From the NCBI GenBank assembly GCA_963706285.1, contig CAVPLU010000001.1, positions 1-18,239 on the forward strand: DNA of 18,239 nucleotides, in the 5' to 3' direction. A program made the translations under genes and the position numbers. Positions 8,680-16,707 of the stretch are shown one piece after another; the stretch's first letter is position 1; each line of letters opens with the position of its first letter. Source of the DNA: Candidatus Bathyarchaeota archaeon (GTDB lineage Archaea; Thermoproteota; Bathyarchaeia; 40CM-2-53-6). The notes beneath the pieces were generated by a model, which saw nothing but the letters and a program-made list of their open reading frames with translations, was not told the DNA's origin and did no database searches.

Positions 8680-8924
8680 CCTCCTGACGGAAACGTAACA
8701 TGAGCCATGTCTAGGAAAGCGGATCTGTTTCACTACAGAGTGTACTTCGCTAGGGATCTCCAGCCTCTCTCAGCCCTAAATGAGAGCGAGTATGATTGGC
8801 AGAAACATTGGAAAATGGCGAAATTGACGCCTAAGAAACCCTGAAAGCCGAGCCGTTTAACTTTCGGAAACCTCCTCGCTCATAGGCTAAGGGGCGCAAA
8901 GTTCCGAAACCAACGGGGAAAAGC

Positions 8925-10379
8925 ATGACCTTCGCAGCTGCGAGACCCAGGACTACTTCAGGATACAAGTGGACAGTTCTTCTAATAACCACTATTGGCT
9001 CGTTTATGGCGCCGTTTGACGGCAGCATAGTGACGATAGCCATCCCTTCGATTGCGTCTTCGATGATGATAGGACTCGAAACCGTCGTCTGGATATCTCT
9101 GGCCTACCTACTTGTCCTGACAGTGCTTCTCATCAACGCGGGAAGGCTTGCTGATCTTAGAGGAAGGAAGCGCATCTACATCGCCGGCTTCATCATCTTC
9201 ACGGCGGGATCCGCTTTATGTGGAGCATCCGCAACAGGGATTCAACTCGTATTTTTCCGGGCGCTGCAAGGCATCGGTGCAGCATTCATCGCTGCCAACA
9301 GTCCAGCAATCGTGACCGAGTCGTTTCAAAGCTGGGAGCGAGGCAAAGCGTTGGGAATCAATGCGATGGCAGTCTATACCGGATTGACTACTGGTCCAGT
9401 CATCGGCGGCATTCTAGTTCAAAGCTTCGGCTGGAGATCGATCTTCTATGTCAACGTCCCGATCGGAATCCTAGTCGTTGGTCTAGCCTCAATCAGACTG
9501 AAGGAGAGGAAGATCCCGTTGGTGGACGAGGGATTCGATTTCGCTGGAGCCGTGACACTCTCAGCGGCGTTAGCTTCACTTCTAGTAGCCTTGACGCTCG
9601 GAGGCAGCTTTGGGTGGAATTCTATCTCTACCGTGTCACTTCTCGTGCTAGCGGTCAGCGCGTTTCTCCTGTTCATTTACGCGGAACGCAGAATGACTCG
9701 ACATCCAACCTTGGATCTTTCACTCTTCACAAAGAACCGTTTGTTTGCTGCCGCCAATACTGCAGCGCTTCTCAACTACACCGCTATCAGTGGAGTGACT
9801 TTTATGATTTCGATCTACCTGCAAGATATTCAAGGATTTCAGCCTGAAAGCGCAGGCTTGTTCCTGATCGCCATGTCTGTTGCGATGGCACTTCTCTCTC
9901 CCATCAGCGGTTGGTTAGCAGACAGATTCGGCTCAAGATCACTGAGTACGGTGGGCATGGTCATCGTAACGGGCGGCCTGCTATTGCTTTCGCAATTGAA
10001 TACGGAATCCTCAGCTAGCGACGTCGTCTTGAGACTGACTTTGCTTGGAATTGGATTTGGCTTGTTCTCTTCGCCAAATACGCGTGCCATCATGAACTCA
10101 GTGGATAAGAGCAAGCTTGGCGTGGCTTCGGGAACCCTCAGCACGATGAGATCGACAGGACAGTCAATTGGGCTTGCCATGGTAGGCGCCATCATTGCAG
10201 CCTCATTACCTCCGCAGGTAATGCTTCAACTCTTCACGGGCCTGATGACTCAGAGCACCGCTGCCGGAAACGACTTCATCGTCGGAATGAGCAGGTTCTT
10301 CCTAGTTGCATCAGGAATGAGCGCGGTTGGTACGGTTGCATCTCTGGTAAGAGGACGAGAGTTACTCGAGGGACCATAG
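8925..10379 (+). CDS. MFS transporter, DHA2 (EmrB/QacA-like, about 14 TMS)
   Basis: DGSIVTIAIPSI, motif A GRLADLRGRKR, RALQGIG, GPVIGG, WRSIFYVNVPIG, LDLSLF and GWLADRFGSR. Confidence 0.93.
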   Translation: MTFAAARPRTTSGYKWTVLLITTIGSFMAPFDGSIVTIAIPSIASSMMIGLETVVWISLAYLLVLTVLLINAGRLADLRGRKRIYIAGFIIFTAGSALCGASATGIQLVFFRALQGIGAAFIAANSPAIVTESFQSWERGKALGINAMAVYTGLTTGPVIGGILVQSFGWRSIFYVNVPIGILVVGLASIRLKERKIPLVDEGFDFAGAVTLSAALASLLVALTLGGSFGWNSISTVSLLVLAVSAFLLFIYAERRMTRHPTLDLSLFTKNRLFAAANTAALLNYTAISGVTFMISIYLQDIQGFQPESAGLFLIAMSVAMALLSPISGWLADRFGSRSLSTVGMVIVTGGLLLLSQLNTESSASDVVLRLTLLGIGFGLFSSPNTRAIMNSVDKSKLGVASGTLSTMRSTGQSIGLAMVGAIIAASLPPQVMLQLFTGLMTQSTAAGNDFIVGMSRFFLVASGMSAVGTVASLVRGRELLEGP

Positions 10380-10431
10380 GAAGAACAGGATTATTTGTTC
10401 AGCGGAAGCTAACTTCCGACAGCCGCGTCCG

Positions 10432-11046
10432 TCAAGACATAGGTTCTGTTGGCGGCAGTTCTTCCAAGCGGAAGTACTCGGCAAATGAGTCTGCTCTAGC
10501 CTTCCATTCTACCGGCAATGCATCCTTGTCGACTGTGCGCATCAATTCATAGAAAAATGTCTTGAGCGTACACGGAATCACCCCGGCTTGATACATACGT
10601 TCCAAGGCGGGTCGAACGCGATGTTCAGAAGTGAATGTACAATCTTCTAGGAGGAATACTTGCAGACCCATACTCATCAGGCCTAATGACGACTGCAGGA
10701 TGCACACATCGGTCTCCGCGCCTGCAACCACGACCTGCGAGATCTGAAGCCCTCTAATCGCCTCACGCACAACATCGTCAGAACAACAATTGAATGTTCG
10801 CTTCACAAATCTCTGCCCATGCGATGGAAAAACCTTCTCAAGGCGTTCCGGAAGCCAGCCCTTGACTTCGATGGGGTGCTCGAACGTAGCGATGAGTGGC
10901 AATCTGATCCAATCGGCTAGCATTAGTAAGCGCTCAACGCGCATAAGTATCGGCTCTTTCGAGCCGTGCATGGAATTCCAGAAGTATGGCTGAGCATCTA
11001 TCAGCAGGAGACCAACGCTGCCCGGATCAATAGCGGAGGCGGACAT
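10432..11046 (-). CDS. isochorismatase (cysteine hydrolase) family protein
   Basis: LLLIDAQ, KRTFNC and VVVAGAETDVCILQS supply the Asp-Lys-Cys triad, followed by V(F)LLEDC. Confidence 0.9.
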   Translation of the reverse strand: MSASAIDPGSVGLLLIDAQPYFWNSMHGSKEPILMRVERLLMLADWIRLPLIATFEHPIEVKGWLPERLEKVFPSHGQRFVKRTFNCCSDDVVREAIRGLQISQVVVAGAETDVCILQSSLGLMSMGLQVFLLEDCTFTSEHRVRPALERMYQAGVIPCTLKTFFYELMRTVDKDALPVEWKARADSFAEYFRLEELPPTEPMS

Positions 11047-11317
11047 GTTTCGTCTCTATTGAGTAATCTCGCTGTGCAAGATATTGCTGCTGATCATAGA
11101 AGATGATTCCATTTTCCGACTTGATGCGGCGATCGGAAAAATAACCCTACCAGAAGGACGTCTATCGATGTAGCAAGAGACGGCTGCTTGAGAATCTCTC
11201 TAGTGATCATTCCACACGAGCTCTTCTCGATATGAGCTGGGAATGACTCGCAACTGTCGATAAGATGAGAATCATTTATCAAGGATAGAGAGCGACTGAT
11301 CTAGTAGGCGAACGCTC

Positions 11318-11680
11318 ATGGCTAGAGTTGGATATTTCGAGGGAACCGATCCTCTTCTCCTAGCGAAACTTGCGTCTGAAGGAATTGAGACGCTGCCCGT
11401 CGCCAACACGTGGGACGGCCATGGAAAGTATGTGAACCACCTTAGCAAGGGCGAAGTCAACGTGGTAGTTGGGTACATGCACAAGGTCGTGCCAGCAGAG
11501 CGGGAAGGAACGAAAGCAACCGACCTGCTGTTCGCATGCATGAACTTCGACATACCTGTCGTGCTTATCGTGCCGGCGTCGCACCGAGACAAAGCCAAGA
11601 AGATGTTGGGCGATGTTGGAGCAAACGTTCACTTCACCGCTCCTGAGGAGCTTGAAGCCGAGATCAGAAAGTACTTGTAG
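11318..11680 (+). CDS. hypothetical protein (small alpha/beta fold)
   Basis: 120-aa ORF with ATG start, protein-like alternating beta/alpha pattern (RVGYF, VNVVVGY, IPVVLIVP) and an AT-rich TTTATC about 40 nt upstream. It does not overlap any better-supported gene. Confidence 0.8.
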   Translation: MARVGYFEGTDPLLLAKLASEGIETLPVANTWDGHGKYVNHLSKGEVNVVVGYMHKVVPAEREGTKATDLLFACMNFDIPVVLIVPASHRDKAKKMLGDVGANVHFTAPEELEAEIRKYL

Positions 11681-11968
11681 GATGTAGCAGAAGAACCGCG
11701 CCTTGCACTCGACGGTCCGAGTCAGAGATCTGCGGTCGCGAAGAGTTTTCGATAGGTCTACAAGGAGTCGAATTCTGAATCATTGAGCTCTCCTTCCGAG
11801 CTACTCTGGAAGCTCAGTCACGAGATGCGATTGCATCCTGATCCAGAATGGTAGAGTCTCTGTGGAACTCGTTTGGAATAAGACATGCCTAGAGAATAGG
11901 CGGATTAGGTGCCAGTATGTGGGCAGAGCACCCACACTGGCTATCTCGGATGCCGTGCGCTAGCTTCG

Positions 11969-12526
11969 CTACTGCTTAGCGCCGCACTTTGGACAGAAAC
12001 CGGGGCGTCCTAACAATTCGGCCCCACAGTTTGTACAGAACGTCTTGGCCTGAGGAGGTGGAGGGATTGGTGGCGCCTGCATGGGCATGGGAATGGAAGG
12101 TGACTGTGAAGGTTTGATGACAACGGTTTTCGCGAGGCGGTCACCGAGTCTTTGTTTCTTGTCTGATCTTGACATGAGGATTATTCCGATTATGTATAGG
12201 AATGGTAGCCCGTCGATAATTCGAAGCAGATTTCTCACGACGGACGGAACAAGGCCGCATGGTGAGCCGTCTTCTTGCACGACTTTGATTTTTGTGACCA
12301 TCTTACCGACCGTTGCCCCGAAGAAGCCCTCAAGCACGATGAAGTACAGTAGGAACACTAGTCCATAGGCACCCATGAAGCCAAGCGCCGCAAGACCGAA
12401 AACATTGAAAGTGAAGGCGCCGAACGCGGCTGCACCTAGCACGAAGTATAGGATCATGAGGACTATTCCGTCAATTATCTGCGCGACGAGTCTAGGCCCG
12501 ATCCCTTGATAATTCAAACTTGCCAT
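11969..12526 (-). CDS. RDD family membrane protein with Pro-rich linker and C-terminal zinc ribbon
   Basis: YQGIGPRLVAQIID, GATVGKMVTKIKVV, RNLLRIID and KQRLGDRLAKTVVI, then PPIPPPP and FCTNCG..FCPKCG. ATG at 12526; alternative TTG start at 12538. Confidence 0.92.
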   Translation of the reverse strand: MASLNYQGIGPRLVAQIIDGIVLMILYFVLGAAAFGAFTFNVFGLAALGFMGAYGLVFLLYFIVLEGFFGATVGKMVTKIKVVQEDGSPCGLVPSVVRNLLRIIDGLPFLYIIGIILMSRSDKKQRLGDRLAKTVVIKPSQSPSIPMPMQAPPIPPPPQAKTFCTNCGAELLGRPGFCPKCGAKQ

Positions 12527-12967
12527 AACGATACTCAATCCTACTTGAAGTCTAGAGATATCTTGAATCTATATTAGCCCTTCCACAACGCGAACGCATA
12601 AAGGGAAATCGGATGCATCTACAGCTGAAGGCCTCACATGCGGACAGGGCAGCGTCGCCTCAGCCCGATTAGGGGAAAGGATTGTGCCTGTCACCAACCT
12701 CCAAGATCCCAATTTCCGATCTCGTCGTAGAAAGTATGGACATCGAGTCCGAGGCATAGCACAGCTGGCTATAGGGACATACGGCACAAGTGAAGCTTGA
12801 CCCGATCAAGTCAACTACCACACATATTGTTAGCGATGGAACGGGGCCAAGCAACCAGCACTAGTTCGCATGCCTCACATGCTATTGAGACGTTAGGGGA
12901 GTTGACCATCCTTTCAACCTGTTTTTCTGCGACCCAATGATTCCATGGATTCTGTCTGACGAGATAT

Positions 12968-13502
12968 TCAGATCGCGCTATTTTGCATCCACCCAGCGGG
13001 CATCCAATCCTTCACTTCTGGGTCAAAGACCCACCTTGGCTTCCCTGCAAATTGTGTACTTTGCCTTCGAAGATAATAGAACAACTCCACAGCTGCTCCA
13101 AGATGCCCAGCTGGGGCTTGAAATCCCTGCTGATCCTCCCTACTCATCCTCTCACGAATAACCGGGCATTTCACGGAAGCATTCCAATTCGCTCCGGTCC
13201 TCGATCTAGACTTGTACTCGAATGGAAAAGCTCGGCACATCAGAGGGCTATCATCGTATACTGTGCACTGATTGACATTGCTCAGGTAAGGACAGACCTT
13301 AGCGTTGAGCTGGTAGGATAGCACATCTTGCGTCTGATCGCACCCGACAGCGAGTACTGGAGAAACCGAGATTCATAGGAAAAAGGTTGGTTTCCTCTTC
13401 TCTCAGGAACAAACCGTTCAGATAGCCGCCGGAGGAATACTCTCCTAGGTCTGTACAGCACTTGCCGCATTTCCTGCAGGAAAACCGGTATTCGCGATTC
13501 AG
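12968..13502 (-). pseudogene. YkgJ-like CxxCxxCC cysteine-cluster (zinc/iron-chelating) protein, frameshifted
   Basis: A frame not in the ORF track reads YRFSCRKCGKCCTDLGE..LFLREEETNLFPMNL. It shifts near 13367 into ORF 12968..13324 (CPYLSNVNQCTVYDDSPLMCRAFPF..KCP). The only candidate start is CTG at 13502, 9 nt after GGAGG. Confidence 0.75.
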
Positions 13503-14072
13503 TGGAAAGAGCCTCCGCTCTGACCTCTTCTACGCCACAAAGAGAAATCAGTTCGATCACAATCCTCCACAATTCGGTTTCCGCCTCCCCTCAGACAGAG
13601 AAAAACCAGCGGATCTCAATCTTCCATTAATTCGAGCGCGTTCGCTATCCTGCGAAGCTCTGACAAGGACTAGAGAAAACTCTACCCGAAACAGTTGTTC
13701 CCCTCCATACAGTCCAAACGAGAATCCTTGTCACCAAATGTACGATCTGGAACTATCCAGTCCACCCCAGAATAGATTCACCACAACCATCAAGCCTACG
13801 CATTTGACTTCTTAACCCTTAACCAGTTGGACAGCAACCAATCAGCAAGTCAAAGATGCCTCCAAGTTACCCGGGGAACAAGTCGGCCACGATCTCTCTG
13901 CCAGTCAGTATCGTACACGAATCAAAACGATGCGGTCTCAACATCAGCAGAAGCAGCCAGAACGCGTCAAGCGATACAATTTTCAGGCCAAGCGGGTCTT
14001 GCCGTTCACAGAAGTATTCTGCTAGAAGTAGTGTGGCGGGCCCGCAGGGATTCGAACCCTGGACCCCAGGCT

Positions 14073-14088
14073 TTCCTCACCGGTTGTT
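14073..14088 (-). other. tRNA-Arg intron 37/38 (16 nt)
   Basis: Central helix CUUC/GAGG, bulges GG^A and AA^A, inner pairs AC/GU. Confidence 0.9.
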
Positions 14089-14096
14089 CCGAAGGC

Positions 14097-14114
14097 CTAC
14101 ACCGAAGCGTACGA
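14097..14114 (-). other. tRNA-Arg intron 29/30 (18 nt)
   Basis: Strict BHB: outer helix AGG/CCU, central helix ACAC/GUGU, bulges AG^U and AG^G, inner pairs CG/CG. Confidence 0.9.
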
Positions 14115-14131
14115 CTGTGTCCTAATCCTGG

Positions 14132-14171
14132 TTATCCGCACCTTTTCGTTAGCCATGAACGATCAGGTGCC
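14132..14171 (-). other. tRNA-Arg D-loop intron 15/16 (40 nt)
   Basis: Stem GCACCT/AGGTGC, central helix GUCU/GGAU, bulges AG^G and AA^C. The exon-side outer helix is absent (relaxed motif). Removal gives the typical archaeal Arg D-loop AGCCAGGA. Confidence 0.85.
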
Positions 14172-14436
14172 CTAGACTACGGGCCCGACACTAGAGAGAC
14201 TACCTAGTCTTTTCACCCTTCCGTTTTCCTATCTCAAGGCTATAGACTTCACCTCAGTCACCAACTTGATGGGGCGATCCTCATCACGATAATCGGTTTG
14301 TCCGCAGGTTAAGCGTCTGCCATGTGCTGCCAGACCGCTATTCTGTTCCGACTCTTGTTCACTAATCACAGGCACGCCGGCTATTCGAAGTAATAGAAAT
14401 CGCGTGCATCGGAGCATCTACTATACTGAGATTCAC

Positions 14437-14967
14437 TCACTGCGTCACGAACGCCTTGGCAGCCAAGTCAAGCCGCATAAACACCTTCAGAAGCTTGTCC
14501 ACGCTTCGTTGAACCGGTGTTGTCATGTGGCCTCTTGTTGAACCGATTTGGATCCCAACCAAGATTGTGTAGACGGGTAGACCGCGTTCTTGTGCAATCA
14601 TTCTTATGATCGACGCCACCAATGACAAAGGGAACTTGTGACTTGCTAGAGATGAGGATGAACGGTCGAGGGATGGAAGTTCGTCCAATACTACTGCGCC
14701 GGGTCTAAGAGAGCGATGTACGGCGTTTACGAATATTATGAGGTTAGGTTCAACCCTGACAGCTTCCTCCATGCAATCCTGAGGACTAGTTCCGCAATCC
14801 AACAATCTCAATCTGACTACTTTGCCTGTCAGCCTACGGAATAGGGCTTGACCTACTCCGTCGTCACCCCTAACAGGATTACCCACACAGACAATGAGCG
14901 CTCTGCTGCCCTTCGTGAAATGAACTAACTTGCTTTCCAGGGCAGACCAAGTCATCTCCAGCATCAT
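14437..14967 (-). CDS. hydrogenase maturation endopeptidase (HycI/HybD family)
   Basis: IVCVGNPVRGDDGVG, LLDCGTSP, IIFVNA, SHKFPL and LVGIQ. The ATG at 14967 overlaps the upstream stop (ATGA); the ORF-track extension to 15090 overlaps the upstream gene and is unlikely. Confidence 0.88.
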   Translation of the reverse strand: MMLEMTWSALESKLVHFTKGSRALIVCVGNPVRGDDGVGQALFRRLTGKVVRLRLLDCGTSPQDCMEEAVRVEPNLIIFVNAVHRSLRPGAVVLDELPSLDRSSSSLASHKFPLSLVASIIRMIAQERGLPVYTILVGIQIGSTRGHMTTPVQRSVDKLLKVFMRLDLAAKAFVTQ

Positions 14968-15851
14968 CGTGACACTTGAGCGGCCTGGGGGGCAGGGATA
15001 GCATAGATCTTGTTGGCATATGAAAGGAGGGCTTTGTACATGTCGACGAAGTTGAATGAGAACGGGCAGACTCCCGCACATAGACCACACAAGGTACAGA
15101 CTGTTGTCTGCTCAGCGATCGATTTAATTTCGCCAGCCGCAAGCGATCCAGTCGCGACCATCCTGAAGTATTTTCTCAGCTTGAGGACAGGCGCTTCAAC
15201 TCTAGCTCCGTCCATTGCTTCATAGAGCGGGCATACCTCGACGCATCTTCCGCAACGTCCGCATGCATCACTGAATGTCAAGAATATGGCCTCTTTTCTT
15301 CCAGGGCTGAGAGTCCTCCACATTACGGTTGCCAATGCGTGCCTCACGGCCCCACCTACGAAGAGTGACACAACAATCCAAGCGTATATGATCGTGACGT
15401 GAATGCTTGCAGCCCAAGTCAACGGATACGCCGTGAAACTGTTGACCTGCATCAATCCAAAGACCGCGAGCGCCTGCAGTGTGCCGGTAATCGCGATTGC
15501 TAACATGAAAGCTAGATCCAAAAAGAATATTCTACCATAAGCCAACCTGAAATATCGGTTCATGAAGTATTTTGCAACAAATCCTGCTCCACCAACCACC
15601 AGAAGCACGCCAGTAACTCCATGCGACCATGATATCAGCCAACCAAGGCCGCCGAATATGCCAGCGAAACCTGGCACAAAGTTTGAGATCTCTGTTATTG
15701 CTCCTGTAATGATGCTTCCATAGAGTCCGATGTGAAATATGTAGTCAGCCATGCCTACGATTACTGATCTATTGAAGAGCAACGCCAGCAACCCTGGCTT
15801 CGATAAATCAAAAGAGGAAAGCCTGTACCGTTTCGTTTCAGGCGTAGGCAA
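14964..15851 (-). CDS. NarI/HdrE-like cytochrome b membrane domain fused to C-terminal HdrC-like 2x[4Fe-4S] domain
   Basis: At least four clear hydrophobic helices carry four His residues (FHIGLYG, SHGVTG, IHVTII, RHAL), followed by CGRCGRCVEVCP and CTLCGLCAGVCP. The probable start is TTG 15851, 10 nt after GGAGG and 2 nt after the upstream stop; the ORF track starts at 15929. Confidence 0.8.
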   Translation of the reverse strand: MPTPETKRYRLSSFDLSKPGLLALLFNRSVIVGMADYIFHIGLYGSIITGAITEISNFVPGFAGIFGGLGWLISWSHGVTGVLLVVGGAGFVAKYFMNRYFRLAYGRIFFLDLAFMLAIAITGTLQALAVFGLMQVNSFTAYPLTWAASIHVTIIYAWIVVSLFVGGAVRHALATVMWRTLSPGRKEAIFLTFSDACGRCGRCVEVCPLYEAMDGARVEAPVLKLRKYFRMVATGSLAAGEIKSIAEQTTVCTLCGLCAGVCPFSFNFVDMYKALLSYANKIYAIPAPQAAQVSR

Positions 15852-15853
15852 CT

Positions 15854-16702
15854 CTACGAAGCCTCCTTCAACCGCCCTTTCCTCCATTTCGAAATGTAAA
15901 GCACCGTCCCAAGAGCCACAGGCACCCACGCTAACCTAGAATACTTCAACATGTCAGCGATCCACCTCGAGGCGGAAGGATACCTATTCTTGACGACTGT
16001 AACATCAGCGCTGTCAAGGAACGTTTCAAATTGTTTCCTAGAAAGAACGTACAGTGTACTTGTCTCTCCCGCGTAGAGCAAGACGCCGTTCGTCTTCTCT
16101 GCAAGCTCCATTCCTTCACTCAGCTTATCATCATACAATCCAAAGGACCTAGTCTTCGTAGGACAAACCTCAACACAGCTTGGACTCATACCCTTCTCTA
16201 TTCTCATATAGCACATGTCACACTTGCTAATCTTCTTCTCAATCGGATCGAATGTAATTGACTGGAATGGACATTGATTCACGCAGAGAAGACAACCAAT
16301 ACACTTGCTCCGATCGTAAACTACAGGTCCATAATCAAGCTGAGTAATCGCATGAGTGATACAGGCGCTGGCGCAAGGAGCATCAACACAATGCAAACAG
16401 AGCTGCGGCATAGGCGCCGTATCAGCAGACGATTGAACTAGTGCCACCTTAGTGTAGACGCTCCCCGTCGCAGACAAACCCTGGAATTCCTTATGGTAAG
16501 CTTCGCATCCAGCAACACACTTCATACAACCAATACAATTCCCAACATTCACGAGAATAGAATACTTCGGCTTCGACGCAAACGCCGAAGCAAAACCAGC
16601 ATTCCCAACAAGAAAGAGGAGAGTCCCTCCTGCTGCCGAAGACCTCAGAAAACTCCTCCTCGTAAGCGACCCCATTGACTCCATCAAGGTTTTGCCAGGC
16701 AT
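15854..16702 (-). CDS. Tat-signal 4x[4Fe-4S] electron-transfer subunit (HybA/NrfC/DmsB-like) with C-terminal membrane anchor
   Basis: Twin-arginine motif TRRSFL, hydrophobic h-region and ASA/AFA site. It has 16 Cys in CIGCMKCVAGC, CLHCVDAPCASAC, CIGCLLCVNQCP and CDMC..CVEVCP, and a C-terminal hydrophobic stretch LAWVPVALGTVLYI followed by basic residues. Confidence 0.9.
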   Translation of the reverse strand: MPGKTLMESMGSLTRRSFLRSSAAGGTLLFLVGNAGFASAFASKPKYSILVNVGNCIGCMKCVAGCEAYHKEFQGLSATGSVYTKVALVQSSADTAPMPQLCLHCVDAPCASACITHAITQLDYGPVVYDRSKCIGCLLCVNQCPFQSITFDPIEKKISKCDMCYMRIEKGMSPSCVEVCPTKTRSFGLYDDKLSEGMELAEKTNGVLLYAGETSTLYVLSRKQFETFLDSADVTVVKNRYPSASRWIADMLKYSRLAWVPVALGTVLYISKWRKGRLKEAS

Positions 16703-16707
16703 TTTGC

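Larger units (their letters stand above)
14034..14186 (-). tRNA. tRNA-Arg(UCG) with three introns (15/16, 29/30, 37/38) and encoded CCA
   Basis: Spliced sequence: GGGCCCG TA GTCT AG|CCAGGATTA GGAC A CAG|GC CT TCG G|A GCCTG GGGTC CAGGG TTCGAAT CCCTG CGGGCCC G CCA. All stems pair and the A20 Arg identity element is present. Exons are 14186-14172, 14131-14115, 14096-14089 and 14072-14034. Confidence 0.95.

Noticed and set aside
11912-11940. Hairpin CCAG-TA-TGTGGG/CCCACA-CTGG downstream of the RDD gene as a terminator
   Set aside because: There is no T-tract on either side, and archaeal terminators usually depend on oligo-T, so support is insufficient.
13827-14207. Plus-strand ORFs 13827..14207 and 13856..14125, and ORF 74..277
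   Set aside because: They are antisense translations of the tRNA genes (for example WRARRDSNP is a typical tRNA shadow) and have no protein motifs.
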